Notes: generated by a model not told the origin, from the sequence alone. Positions 17,039-26,591 are shown, counted from the stretch's first letter. The stretch: DNA of 27,389 nt from a virus (IMGVR_UViG_3300037461_000702:1-27389); one strand, 5' to 3'. A program made the numbers and translations.

Positions 17039-18511
17039 ATGAACAAAGAAAAGATTTTAGCAAGTATTATTGAATTACATGATTCCAATGATGTTTATAT
17101 GACTTTAGATGTTCTATTAATTACTTCAAGAGTAAATTTAAATAAAGCTAGGTTTACACCCGATTTCATTCATGAAATTGTTGAAAATAAAGATTTTTAT
17201 ATTGGTTTACCTCTTGTGTGTGAAAAAGAAAAACTTGAAAAAGGTAAATATAAACAACTTGGACATGCCTTAAAAAAGGATGGAACTTTTAAAACAGAAC
17301 AAATTGGTAGTTATGTAGATTATTATGAAAAAGAAGCTGAAGATGGCGAATGGGAACTATTTGGAACTGTAAGGGTATTTAAAAGATTTAAAAATGTATG
17401 TGAAGCAATTCAAGAGTTGTTTGAGGATAAGTCTTTATTTTTTAGCGTAGAATGCTATGTTGGGGAGTATACAAAAAAATCTGATGGCACAAGAGAAATT
17501 GATGTCAATAAAGAAAATAAATTTTTTGGGGACGCGATTGTTTCATTTCCTGCTGAAGCGAAATCTACAGCACAACTGTTAATTGCTGAAGCATTAAATA
17601 ATGATTTAGGTGGTGGTGAATTGAATAAAACTTTTGAAGATTTTTTCAAAGATACAAAATTGCATTTTGAAAATTGTGAACTTGATATCTATCAGGTTCA
17701 GAAAAAAGTATATCAGAAGTGTCGAGATCAGTTAGGTGATAAGATGTATGATTATTATTCGACTGATTTTGGTGTTAGTTTTATGATTTTACAAGACTAT
17801 GTAAATGGTGATTACTATAGAGTTGATTATTCAGTTAATAGTGATGATGTAACAATCAGTGAAATGTATAAGGTTACAAAAAATTATTTACCTGTTGATT
17901 CTGGTTTAGCGGCTGGTTCAACAGATAATAAAACTTCAAATGTAGAAGATTCAGAATGTAATAAAAATTCAGAAATAAATAAGGAGGAAGAAAACATGAC
18001 ATTAGCAGAAGTTCAGGCTAAATTAGAAACTGCTGAATTAAAGATTAAAGATTTAGAAAATACTGTTACTGAAAAAGACACTGTTATATCTGAAAAAGAT
18101 ACTAAGATAAATGAGTTAAGTGAACAAGTAAATACTCTATCAGAAACAGTTGTTGTTAAAGACAATGAAATTGCTGAATTGGCAAAATCAAAAGAAGAAC
18201 TTGATAAGATCAATCTTGAAAAAGCCGAAGTTGAAAAAGCTGAAAAGAAAACTGCATTAAAAGATAAGTACTCAAAACTTTTAAGTGAAGAAGTTATTGC
18301 TTTACCTGAAATTGCAGAAGCAATTGAAAATCTTGATGAAGCTGTACTTCAGGCAAAAGTTGTTGAATCGGCACTTGAAAAAGCCGAAGCAACAAAGGTT
18401 CAAAAAGATGAAAAACCTGAAACTAAAACTATGATTACTGCATCAAGAGTTACTGATGATATAAATCTTGGTGGAGATTTACTGAGTAAGTATATCACAA
18501 TAGGCAAGTAA
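17039..18511 (+). CDS. Prohead protease/scaffold fusion (YonD-like)
   Basis: Between portal and capsid genes. N-terminal domain with 'LGH' and 'FSVE'; C-terminal coiled coil; strong internal in-frame RBS+ATG at 17996. Confidence 0.78.
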   Translation: MNKEKILASIIELHDSNDVYMTLDVLLITSRVNLNKARFTPDFIHEIVENKDFYIGLPLVCEKEKLEKGKYKQLGHALKKDGTFKTEQIGSYVDYYEKEAEDGEWELFGTVRVFKRFKNVCEAIQELFEDKSLFFSVECYVGEYTKKSDGTREIDVNKENKFFGDAIVSFPAEAKSTAQLLIAEALNNDLGGGELNKTFEDFFKDTKLHFENCELDIYQVQKKVYQKCRDQLGDKMYDYYSTDFGVSFMILQDYVNGDYYRVDYSVNSDDVTISEMYKVTKNYLPVDSGLAAGSTDNKTSNVEDSECNKNSEINKEEENMTLAEVQAKLETAELKIKDLENTVTEKDTVISEKDTKINELSEQVNTLSETVVVKDNEIAELAKSKEELDKINLEKAEVEKAEKKTALKDKYSKLLSEEVIALPEIAEAIENLDEAVLQAKVVESALEKAEATKVQKDEKPETKTMITASRVTDDINLGGDLLSKYITIGK

Positions 18512-18545
18512 TCAATAATTTAATTATTATAAGGAGGAAATATAA

Positions 18546-18974
18546 ATGGCAGGATTTGTCGTAAAGGGAAATAATGAATATATCGGAACTGTGAAGTTGG
18601 CTACAGGTTCAGATGCAATGCACAATGGGCAATTTGTAAATGTAAACTGGACTGCTGGAACGGCTTCTACTCCAACAAATACTGATTTTGTGTATTTTGT
18701 TGAAAATGTAATTGATACTGTTGATGAACAACAGATCGATGATCTTGATTTTACAATTACCGCAGGAAACTATTTGAGAATTAAAGCATTGTTAGCTGGT
18801 GAAATTTTTATAACTGATAAAGCAGTAAGTACTCCAGCAGTTGGAGCAATAGTTGATGTTGGTACAACTGGCAAAATAACTGCAACTTCTGGTTCGCCTG
18901 TACAGAAATATCAAGTTATCGAAAAACCTACAATGTGGGGAACAACAGTTTATAAATGTGTAGTTCTTAATTAG
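18546..18974 (+). CDS. Putative capsid decoration/cement protein
   Basis: 142 aa, beta-rich and Gly/Thr-rich. Directly upstream of the major capsid gene with a near-identical strong RBS. Confidence 0.6.
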   Translation: MAGFVVKGNNEYIGTVKLATGSDAMHNGQFVNVNWTAGTASTPTNTDFVYFVENVIDTVDEQQIDDLDFTITAGNYLRIKALLAGEIFITDKAVSTPAVGAIVDVGTTGKITATSGSPVQKYQVIEKPTMWGTTVYKCVVLN

Positions 18975-19006
18975 TACTATTAAATTATTATAAGGAGGAA
19001 ATATTA

Positions 19007-19993
19007 ATGGCATTAAAAAATGATAAAGCCGTAGAAGTGTTTTCCGCGCTTCATTTGAATAAAATTAAAGACTCTGAAGTTGAAGTAGCAGAAGCCAGAG
19101 CAGCTATTAGGGAATTGGCTAAAAATCCAAATCCTATAAATAGATATGAAATAGCTCAATTACTTGCATTTGTAGTTAATGATATAATCAATCAGAAAAC
19201 TCAATACATAGATTTATTTGCTGATGTAAAAAGGGTGGCAATTGGCGAAAAAGCTATGTTTAAAATTAAGAAATCAGGTATTAAAGCTTATCTACAAGCT
19301 AAAAATGGTACTACTCATAGAAGCAGAATCATGAATGCATATCAAGATGTTGATACAATTGAAGTATCTGCTAGACCTTATGTTAATTTATATGAATTAG
19401 CTGCTGGCAAAGTAAATTTCGATGAATGTATTACTGATGCTGCCGATGAAATGGAAAAGAAAATAGTTCAAGAAATTGAAGCTACATTATATGCTGCTTT
19501 TAGTGGATATAGTTCACCTTCATATGCTTCTGGTTCTGGTATTGTAGCTGCTACAATTGATCCAATGATTAGAGCAATGCAAAGACTAGGAAATACATCA
19601 ATAATTGGCGATATTAATTGCATCTATAAATTAGCCGACTTGTCTGGTTTCACAGTGGCTACTACAACATATCAATTTAATGATGCTGCAATTGCTGAAT
19701 TCAATAAAAATGGTTTTATTGGAAACTACAAAGGTAGCTCGGTTGTTAAATTAAACAACCCATTTGCAAGAGGCTCGTTGTCTACAACTGTATTGAAACA
19801 GGATTTACTTTACATAGTTCCTTCTGGCGCAGAAATGCCTTTGAAGGTTGTTATGGAGGGCGATGTAGAATCTATGGATCAAACAAATATCAATGATAAC
19901 ACAATGGAAGTTCAATTAAGGAAATATTTCGGTTCTGCTATAATTTATGGTGACAATCCACAAATCGCAGTATACGAAGATACAAGCTTATAA
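19007..19993 (+). CDS. Major capsid protein
   Basis: 328 aa; AAGGAGG RBS; 'GFIGNYKGSSVVKL.NPF'. Position after scaffold and decoration genes; followed by a hairpin. Confidence 0.85.
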   Translation: MALKNDKAVEVFSALHLNKIKDSEVEVAEARAAIRELAKNPNPINRYEIAQLLAFVVNDIINQKTQYIDLFADVKRVAIGEKAMFKIKKSGIKAYLQAKNGTTHRSRIMNAYQDVDTIEVSARPYVNLYELAAGKVNFDECITDAADEMEKKIVQEIEATLYAAFSGYSSPSYASGSGIVAATIDPMIRAMQRLGNTSIIGDINCIYKLADLSGFTVATTTYQFNDAAIAEFNKNGFIGNYKGSSVVKLNNPFARGSLSTTVLKQDLLYIVPSGAEMPLKVVMEGDVESMDQTNINDNTMEVQLRKYFGSAIIYGDNPQIAVYEDTSL

Positions 19994-20013
19994 AAATAAT
20001 TAAATAATTATAT

Positions 20014-20038
20014 AGATGGGTAGTAATACTACCCATCT
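20014..20038 (+). terminator. Hairpin/terminator after capsid gene
   Basis: Perfect inverted repeat AGATGGGTAGTA / TACTACCCATCT. Confidence 0.7.
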
Positions 20039-20068
20039 TAATTATATTAAACGGAGGATATAAAGGAT

Positions 20069-20500
20069 ATGGCTAAAGTAAAAGTTTATAATAAGAATAA
20101 GTTTGATATTGGAGTCAAATTAATAAATCCAGTTCGCGAACAAAATATAAAAGCTGGAAGTTTTACTATTTTAGAAAAAGACGATGTTTATTATTTAGAT
20201 ACAATATGCGCTTTATTTAGGCGCGGAATGTTAGTTATAGATGATGAGGAAGTTAAAGAAAATCTTGGATATGTTGAAGTTAACGAAAATATAAAATCAG
20301 ATGATGAGTTGATATCAATTTTAAAAGGTAATTTTCTTAAAATGAAATCCGAATTATCTAAAATTAATGAACCTCATATCATAGATGCTATTTATAATGT
20401 TGCAAAAACAATTAGTGCCGAATTAAGTGGTGCTAAATTAAAATTTTTATCTCAGTTTTGTAGTAGAGATATCGATCTTGATGATATAAAAGATAATTAA
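20069..20500 (+). CDS. Hypothetical virion morphogenesis protein
   Basis: 143 aa; GGAGG RBS; head-neck position. Confidence 0.65.
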   Translation: MAKVKVYNKNKFDIGVKLINPVREQNIKAGSFTILEKDDVYYLDTICALFRRGMLVIDDEEVKENLGYVEVNENIKSDDELISILKGNFLKMKSELSKINEPHIIDAIYNVAKTISAELSGAKLKFLSQFCSRDIDLDDIKDN

Positions 20501-20518
20501 ATAGATAGGTGGGTTAAT

Positions 20519-20977
20519 ATGGCAACTGATATTAATGAAATAAAAGATCAACTTATAGATAATTTTGCCGATCAAAGAACACCTACAACATATTCTGATA
20601 CTGATTATCTTAATTTTGCAATTAAGGGATGTAAAAGACTTTATAGAGATACAGGATTGAAAGACAATTGGGATTCTGAATTTTCTGTAGATTCACTTAA
20701 TCGTGATTTAGATATTAATCAATATGAATATTGTGTTATTGCTTCTGAGATTGAAATACTTAAAAAAATTAGAACATCATGGAATACAATGATTGGTTAT
20801 ACCACTAATGCTTTAACAATAGCAAATGCCGACAAACCATTTAAGTTTTTAACCGAAACAATAAAAGAGAAAGAAAAAGAATTGGTAGATTTATTCCATA
20901 AAATGACAGATGTTGCTAATATGTCCTCAATCAGTGCCATAACTGTTGATGCTGTCGATTATGATTTTGATGATTGA
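20519..20977 (+). CDS. Putative head-tail adaptor
   Basis: 152-aa helical protein in the head-tail connector position; AGGTG RBS. Function from synteny only. Confidence 0.5.
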   Translation: MATDINEIKDQLIDNFADQRTPTTYSDTDYLNFAIKGCKRLYRDTGLKDNWDSEFSVDSLNRDLDINQYEYCVIASEIEILKKIRTSWNTMIGYTTNALTIANADKPFKFLTETIKEKEKELVDLFHKMTDVANMSSISAITVDAVDYDFDD

Positions 20978-20988
20978 GGTGATTGTTG

Positions 20989-21285
20989 ATGAAGATAGAA
21001 ATTGTATATAAAAATAAAGATTTAGAAATTGTTGGAATCGAAGAGTTTAGTTTAAATGAGTATTGTCATTTATTAGGTCAAAAAACATTGAGTTTGTTAT
21101 ATCAAATTGAAGATATGAATAAAGGTATTGTTGAATATATGGATATAAAAAAATATATATTTAATCTTGCTGGAAGTATTCAGAGATTACCTGAAAATCT
21201 TATTGACGAAGAAATAAAGGAAACTAAAGTAAAAAAACCTGAAGATAAATCCTTTTTTGACTTCCTGTTGAGAAGGAGTGAGTAA
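20989..21285 (+). CDS. Hypothetical protein
   Basis: GAGGTG RBS 7 nt before ATG 20989; tightly packed in the operon. Confidence 0.65.
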   Translation: MKIEIVYKNKDLEIVGIEEFSLNEYCHLLGQKTLSLLYQIEDMNKGIVEYMDIKKYIFNLAGSIQRLPENLIDEEIKETKVKKPEDKSFFDFLLRRSE

Positions 21286-21287
21286 AA

Positions 21288-21947
21288 ATGTACTTTTATG
21301 TTCCGAGTTATTTAGAGGATGATTTCGATGATAGTTTAAGCATTAATGGTAAGACATGTACTTTGAATTATAATGCAACAACTCCAACGTCAATCGTTGT
21401 TAACATAAATACTCTTGATTTTAAGTCAAATATGAAGGGTATGAGTGATAATACATACGCTATTCAGGCATCTAAAAGTTCCGCTATTAAAAAGGGAGAT
21501 TATTTAACCGATCCAGATGGTAAAGTATATTTAATTAGTTGGACTCCAGCAGAGGAAATAAATTGTTTAACCTCACAGATTCAACTATGTACAAACACAT
21601 TTAATTTTGAGAGATTTCATGGAATTACATATGATTCAGATGGAAATAGTGCAACTCCTTGCGGTTATGATGATGTTGTAACTGATATTAAAGGATTTGC
21701 TTATAGATATGGAATGGGATTGTATGATAGTACTGATGGACAAATAGGTATTCCACCAACACAGAAAATATGTATAGGTATTCAATATAATACTGATACA
21801 TCAAATATTCAAATTAGCGATGAGTTTTCATATAATAACAAACAGTATGTTATTACAGATACAGATTATACACAAATGAATGCCTCTGGTACTGATGGTA
21901 TTTTGATTTTATATGCTCAAGTGTTAGAAGGTGGTAGGAAGTGTTAA
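21288..21947 (+). CDS. Putative head closure/neck protein
   Basis: 219 aa, beta-rich, with two similar halves ('IKKGDYL....VYLI', 'IQISDEF.....YVIT'); AAGGAG RBS; synteny. Confidence 0.5.
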   Translation: MYFYVPSYLEDDFDDSLSINGKTCTLNYNATTPTSIVVNINTLDFKSNMKGMSDNTYAIQASKSSAIKKGDYLTDPDGKVYLISWTPAEEINCLTSQIQLCTNTFNFERFHGITYDSDGNSATPCGYDDVVTDIKGFAYRYGMGLYDSTDGQIGIPPTQKICIGIQYNTDTSNIQISDEFSYNNKQYVITDTDYTQMNASGTDGILILYAQVLEGGRKC

Positions 21948-22537
21948 GATTTAATGGAACTAGATTCATAAAGGATGTTGAGAGAATTTGCAATAGAGAG
22001 CTTGATAAAGTTGCTAAAATTTTAGTTGAATTTATGATTGGTGAAATATCGCAAATACCACAAAGTGGAACTATTGATGCTGTTGGAAAACCTGATTGGA
22101 GATTGGATGTTATTGAAGCATTAAAATTTATCGCTAAAATTGAAGGATCGATGTTAGTAAGAGATGTTGGTTTGATTGAACCTAGTGATAATCTAAAAAT
22201 GAAAGCAATGATTATTGAATTCGGTATGGGAACTGAAGCCGATATGAAAAATCCTTGGATTGATGAGTATTTTTCATCGGAATATTATCATAGTGAACGT
22301 GGTGGCATGTCGGTGTTTGGTAGAAAAGATAAAGAAGTATATGATATAGATGATGATACTTGGTATGAAAGCACCGCTAATCACGATAAAGAAATACCTT
22401 ATTTCAGACAAAGAGGTTCACATTTTTGGACAAAGATTTTTGGTAATTCAAAAGATTTGGCAAGAAGTTATTTTAATGCTGCCTTATCCAATGTTCATAA
22501 TAGCATTCGAATAAAAGATTATATTGAAAATAAGTAA
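21941..22537 (+). CDS. Putative neck/tail completion protein
   Basis: 198 aa with 'IIEFGMG', resembling the 'EFGT' motif of HK97 gp10-like neck proteins; synteny. Confidence 0.5.
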   Translation: MLRFNGTRFIKDVERICNRELDKVAKILVEFMIGEISQIPQSGTIDAVGKPDWRLDVIEALKFIAKIEGSMLVRDVGLIEPSDNLKMKAMIIEFGMGTEADMKNPWIDEYFSSEYYHSERGGMSVFGRKDKEVYDIDDDTWYESTANHDKEIPYFRQRGSHFWTKIFGNSKDLARSYFNAALSNVHNSIRIKDYIENK

Positions 22538-22550
22538 GTAGGTGATACTA

Positions 22551-23000
22551 TTGAGTATTGCAGCCGATTTTGGAGCTATCATAAAAATACTTGTTAATGA
22601 TAGCGATTTAAAAGAGCTTATGGATATCCCTGTAGCTTCAAGAACTGATTATAAAGTGTTAATAGAAAAATATTTTTTACAAACAATGGTCAGTGATGAG
22701 TTTACAAATGATGGTATATGTAGATTATTAGTTAGAAATGCACCACAGAGAGAAACAAACAATGATTATGTTAAGTGGGATGGCTTAATAATTGAAGTTT
22801 ATGTACCAAAATCGAAGGATTTAACGACAGGATTTCAGACGAGAATTAATCAGATAAGCGATAGATTGATTACATTATTCAATCGAAATTATATAAATGA
22901 TAATAAATTATATTTTGTTAATTCATTTGAATTAACTTCTCGTAGTAATAATTTCAAAAGATATGTGTGTACATATGAATATAAAAAAATATATAAATAG
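22551..23000 (+). CDS. Putative tail terminator protein
   Basis: AGGTGA RBS supports TTG 22551. About 150 aa directly upstream of the major tail protein; 'IIEVYVP'. Confidence 0.55.
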   Translation: MSIAADFGAIIKILVNDSDLKELMDIPVASRTDYKVLIEKYFLQTMVSDEFTNDGICRLLVRNAPQRETNNDYVKWDGLIIEVYVPKSKDLTTGFQTRINQISDRLITLFNRNYINDNKLYFVNSFELTSRSNNFKRYVCTYEYKKIYK

Positions 23001-23079
23001 TTATTTTCTTTTTATTCCCTATTTTCGGGTTTAAATAAATAAAAAACATAACTAAAAATTAATAAGGAGGAAATATATA

Positions 23080-23850
23080 ATGGCTTTTAATGGTAAAGGT
23101 TTTATAATTGATGCGCCAAAAATATTGTTACAAACAGCCAGTGGTAATTCACACCTTGCAACTGCTAATCAAGGTCAAGTAACATTTGGTGGCGACAGCA
23201 TAGAGTTAACTGGAGGTTGGTCGTTTTACAATTTGGCTGAAATTGACACAAAGAAAACTCTATCCATTTCATTAACCGATGCTCAATGGGACTTAGATTC
23301 GCTGTGGCTTAGTTCAGGTGGAGCTAAAACAGTTGCAGCTTCAGAATTTTATTATTTTGGAACACCTTACACTGTAGATTCTACTGCTTATACTGTAACT
23401 TTGACAGGTCATGTTGCTGTTGCTAGTTCTGTAGAAATTAATGGTTATACTGAAATTGCTACAACTACACCGACCGCAGCTCAATTTTGGGTTTCAAACA
23501 ATGGTACTGATACTACATTGCATTTTCATAGTGGTGCTGCTAGTGATGTTATATATCCAGCATACAAGGTGGCAACAACCGCAACTACTGATATATTAAC
23601 AGTACAAACAACTGATTTTGCGGCTGCTGGTTCAGCTATAGTTCAATTCCCTGTTTATTCTGATGCAGATGCTACAGATTCAACAATTGTGGCTTATGCA
23701 CAATTAGAAGTTTATAAAGTAAAAATACTGCCTACATATGAATTTGCAGGTTCTTATAAACAAGGAAGTTCATTTAAACTTGATTTGAAAGGTCTTGATC
23801 CACGTAGAACTGATGGTAATATGTGGCAACTGATTGTAAATCCAGTTTAA
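23080..23850 (+). CDS. Major tail (tube) protein
   Basis: 256 aa, Thr/Ala/Ser-rich. Shares the TAAGGAGGAAATAT RBS with the capsid genes; 'ELTGGW' and 'LDPRRTDG' termini; position after neck genes. Confidence 0.8.
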   Translation: MAFNGKGFIIDAPKILLQTASGNSHLATANQGQVTFGGDSIELTGGWSFYNLAEIDTKKTLSISLTDAQWDLDSLWLSSGGAKTVAASEFYYFGTPYTVDSTAYTVTLTGHVAVASSVEINGYTEIATTTPTAAQFWVSNNGTDTTLHFHSGAASDVIYPAYKVATTATTDILTVQTTDFAAAGSAIVQFPVYSDADATDSTIVAYAQLEVYKVKILPTYEFAGSYKQGSSFKLDLKGLDPRRTDGNMWQLIVNPV

Positions 23851-23871
23851 TAAATAAATTATTATATAGTA

Positions 23872-23900
23872 TTGACAATTATATTTTTATATAGTATAAT
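23872..23900 (+). promoter_or_regulatory. Consensus sigma-A/sigma-70 promoter for the glycosyltransferase cassette
   Basis: TTGACA (23872-23877), 17-nt spacer, TATAAT (23895-23900). 28/30 identical to 4631-4660. Confidence 0.85.
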
Positions 23901-23904
23901 ATGA

Positions 23905-23946
23905 TTATGGGATATATTTAAATAGTATATCCCATAAATATTTTTT
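23905..23946 (+). terminator. Hairpin (terminator for tail gene, or leader hairpin)
   Basis: TTATGGGATATA / TATATCCCATAA 12-bp stem, then ATA and T6. Confidence 0.55.
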
Positions 23947-23958
23947 GGGGAGTAATGG

Positions 23959-24960
23959 ATGAAGACAATACTATATGCTAACACTTTAGATTATAATTTT
24001 CAATTACAACAAAGACCACATCATTTAATGAAATTGCTTTCAGAAAGAGGATGGAAGGTATTTTGGGTTAATAAAACAAGGAATGAAGGTAAGTTAAGGG
24101 ATAGATTGAATGATAATTTTGAAGTTTACCATAATTGGGAAGTGTTCAAAAAAAGAAATCCTAAAGTAAATATATATTTTTCATCATGGTCATTTAGACA
24201 TATTGATTTAAATCAAATTGATTATGATATATGCGTTTATGATTCATTAGATAATTTCGAACAAAATGCCACAAAGGAACATTTGATGATTGATAAAACA
24301 GATATATTATTAGCTACTTCGCAACCTCTTTATAATTTAAGATCAAAAGAACATGATAATATATATATGTGTCGAAACGCTTGTTTCCCTGAACTTGGAA
24401 AATTAAATTATGATATCCCAAATGATTTAAAGGAAATTAAACAGAATGGCAAACCAATAATTTTATTTAGTGGGGCTTTAGCTTATTGGTGTGATTTAGA
24501 ATTAGTTGAGTTAATTGCCAAGGATTATAACATGGTGGTAGTTGGATTAGGTTGGGATATTAAAAAAATTCCTGAAGGGGCAATTTATCTTGGTTATAAG
24601 AAATACGATGAATTACAAGCATATTATCATTATTGTGATGTTAATATATTGCCTTTTAAAAGATGTCAGGTTTCAGACTTTTCAAACCCAATCAAAAACT
24701 ATGAAGCAATGTCACATGGCAAAATAACTGTTGCTACAGATATTCCAGAGGCAAAGTTATATCCAGAAGTAATATTTGTAAGTAGAAATCATATAGAATT
24801 TATGCAGAATATAAATAGGGCATTAAAAATAAAAGATGATGAGGACGTAAAGGAAAAGTGTTATCAATATGCCAATGAAAATAGTTGGCATAAACGAGTA
24901 GATATCATTGAAAATGCAATAAACGATTATTGTAATAAGCAGAATATTATATTGGGATAA
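23959..24960 (+). CDS. GT-B glycosyltransferase (GT4/TuaH-like)
   Basis: 'QQRPHHL', 'VYDSLD', 'RNAC', 'FSGALAYWCD', 'NPIKNYEAMSHGKITVATDIPE', 'NSWHKR'. Confidence 0.88.
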   Translation: MKTILYANTLDYNFQLQQRPHHLMKLLSERGWKVFWVNKTRNEGKLRDRLNDNFEVYHNWEVFKKRNPKVNIYFSSWSFRHIDLNQIDYDICVYDSLDNFEQNATKEHLMIDKTDILLATSQPLYNLRSKEHDNIYMCRNACFPELGKLNYDIPNDLKEIKQNGKPIILFSGALAYWCDLELVELIAKDYNMVVVGLGWDIKKIPEGAIYLGYKKYDELQAYYHYCDVNILPFKRCQVSDFSNPIKNYEAMSHGKITVATDIPEAKLYPEVIFVSRNHIEFMQNINRALKIKDDEDVKEKCYQYANENSWHKRVDIIENAINDYCNKQNIILG

Positions 24961-24972
24961 AGGATTAAAACG

Positions 24973-25998
24973 GTGAGTAATATGGATAAGAGGAACATTA
25001 GGGTTTTATTTTTATCACAAGCACCATTAATAAAATATGGATTAAAAAGTGGTTTTGATAAATTAGGATGTGAAACTTCTTTTTTAGATGATGAATGTTA
25101 TGCAATATGGGAAAAACCGCAAGACTTACATAGAAAATTAATTTTTGAAAGAATAGATAGATTTAAACCTGATTTAATTTTTTCAGAGGGTTATGCAACA
25201 ATGCCACTACATGAATTCTATCCTGTTTTTAAAAGTAAAGGTATTCAAACACATTTATGGGATATTGAAGCTGATTGCACTCCGCAAATAGGCGAATGTT
25301 TTGTGCTTAATTGTGATTATTTTTGGACTACAATGGGAGAAAAAATACCTGAATTTAAACAAAGAGGTTTAAATATTGGGATTGGTAATTTGTTGTTTGG
25401 ATGCAATCCAGATTTTCATAAACCAACTCCACCAGAAGATAGATTTAAACATGATTTAAGCTTAGTGGCAAGAAATTATTCAAATAGATATAAAGAAAGT
25501 GGCTGGTTTGTAATGCCGTTTCTTGAAAAACAATATGATTTAAAAATATATGGATTGTGGTGGAATGATACTACAAGACCAATCAATTTAAAGAGCTATC
25601 CTAATAATTATTGGCAAGAAGATGGATATATTGAATTGCCTTATGAATGGCTCCCTATCGTAATTAATTCAAGTAAAGTTATTCTCGGAATGAATGTTCC
25701 AGTAAATAGCAGTATTCATTGTTCAATGCGTCCATTTGAAACACTTGCCAGTAGTGATAATAGTATCTTATTAGGTCATTATCAAGAAGGTCAATATAAG
25801 ATATTTGGTGATTATATGTATCATGCAAAAAACACGAATGAAGCTATTGCTATGACAAATGAAATATTATCAATGACAGATGAACAAAGGCGAGAAAAAG
25901 CAAGATTGGCGCGAGAATTCGTTATTGAGAAACATAATTATACTCTTAGAGCGAAACAAGTACTTGAAGGATTTTATAAACTTGGAGGTTTAAGTTAA
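24973..25998 (+). CDS. CgeB-family glycosyltransferase
   Basis: 'FKPDLIF', 'LLFGCNPDFHKP', 'SSKVILGMN', 'SMRPFETLAS', 'HNYTLRAKQVL' fit CgeB / Glyco_trans_1_2-type proteins. Confidence 0.82.
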   Translation: MSNMDKRNIRVLFLSQAPLIKYGLKSGFDKLGCETSFLDDECYAIWEKPQDLHRKLIFERIDRFKPDLIFSEGYATMPLHEFYPVFKSKGIQTHLWDIEADCTPQIGECFVLNCDYFWTTMGEKIPEFKQRGLNIGIGNLLFGCNPDFHKPTPPEDRFKHDLSLVARNYSNRYKESGWFVMPFLEKQYDLKIYGLWWNDTTRPINLKSYPNNYWQEDGYIELPYEWLPIVINSSKVILGMNVPVNSSIHCSMRPFETLASSDNSILLGHYQEGQYKIFGDYMYHAKNTNEAIAMTNEILSMTDEQRREKARLAREFVIEKHNYTLRAKQVLEGFYKLGGLS

Positions 25999-26582
25999 TG
26001 GAAAATATTAATACAAAGGAATATTGGGACAATAGGTTTAATACAAATTGGGAATTATTGAATGGATTAAATCAAACTAAAGATTTTATGGAATGTATTT
26101 TAAATAGTCTTCCTGTTTATTTAAAGAAAGTTTTTAGTTCAAATAATGTAACAATAGCTGACATTGGCTGCGGTATTGCAACTGGCAGTGAAGTAATTAA
26201 AAATACTTTTCCGAATGCTGATGTTACAGGAATAGATTTTTCTGAAGTAGCTTTAAATAAAAATAAAGAAATGTTTAAAGAGATTAATTTTAGAGATGAA
26301 TTAGATGAATATTATGATATATGTATTAGTTCAAATGTATTGGAACACACAGATGATCCAATGAATGAATTGAAAAATATCTTAAATCATTCAAATAAAT
26401 ATGCAATTATATTAGTGCCTTACAAAGAGCAATTGGGTGATATAGAAGAACATATACATAGTTTTGACGATGATAGTTTTCCTAAAACGATAAATGATTT
26501 TAAATTAAGCTTTACCAAGATTGTTAAAACAAAATTTTGGATGTGGGAACAGTTATTATTGGTTTACAGAAAAGGAAAATAG
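25998..26582 (+). CDS. Class I SAM-dependent methyltransferase
   Basis: 'NTKEYWDNRF', motif I 'IADIGCG', 'TGIDFS', 'SSNVLEH', 'IILVP'. TAATG overlap with the upstream gene; GGAGG RBS. Confidence 0.88.
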   Translation: MENINTKEYWDNRFNTNWELLNGLNQTKDFMECILNSLPVYLKKVFSSNNVTIADIGCGIATGSEVIKNTFPNADVTGIDFSEVALNKNKEMFKEINFRDELDEYYDICISSNVLEHTDDPMNELKNILNHSNKYAIILVPYKEQLGDIEEHIHSFDDDSFPKTINDFKLSFTKIVKTKFWMWEQLLLVYRKGK

Positions 26583-26591
26583 TTAGAGAAA

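Noticed and set aside
1049-19013. Short minus-strand ORFs in the track (1049, 3432, 4752, 5171, 6634, 7087, 7618, 7946, 9579, 11347, 12528, 14544, 17455, 18013, 18792) and + strand 13355..13540
   Set aside because: All shadow well-supported + strand genes and show no recognisable motifs.
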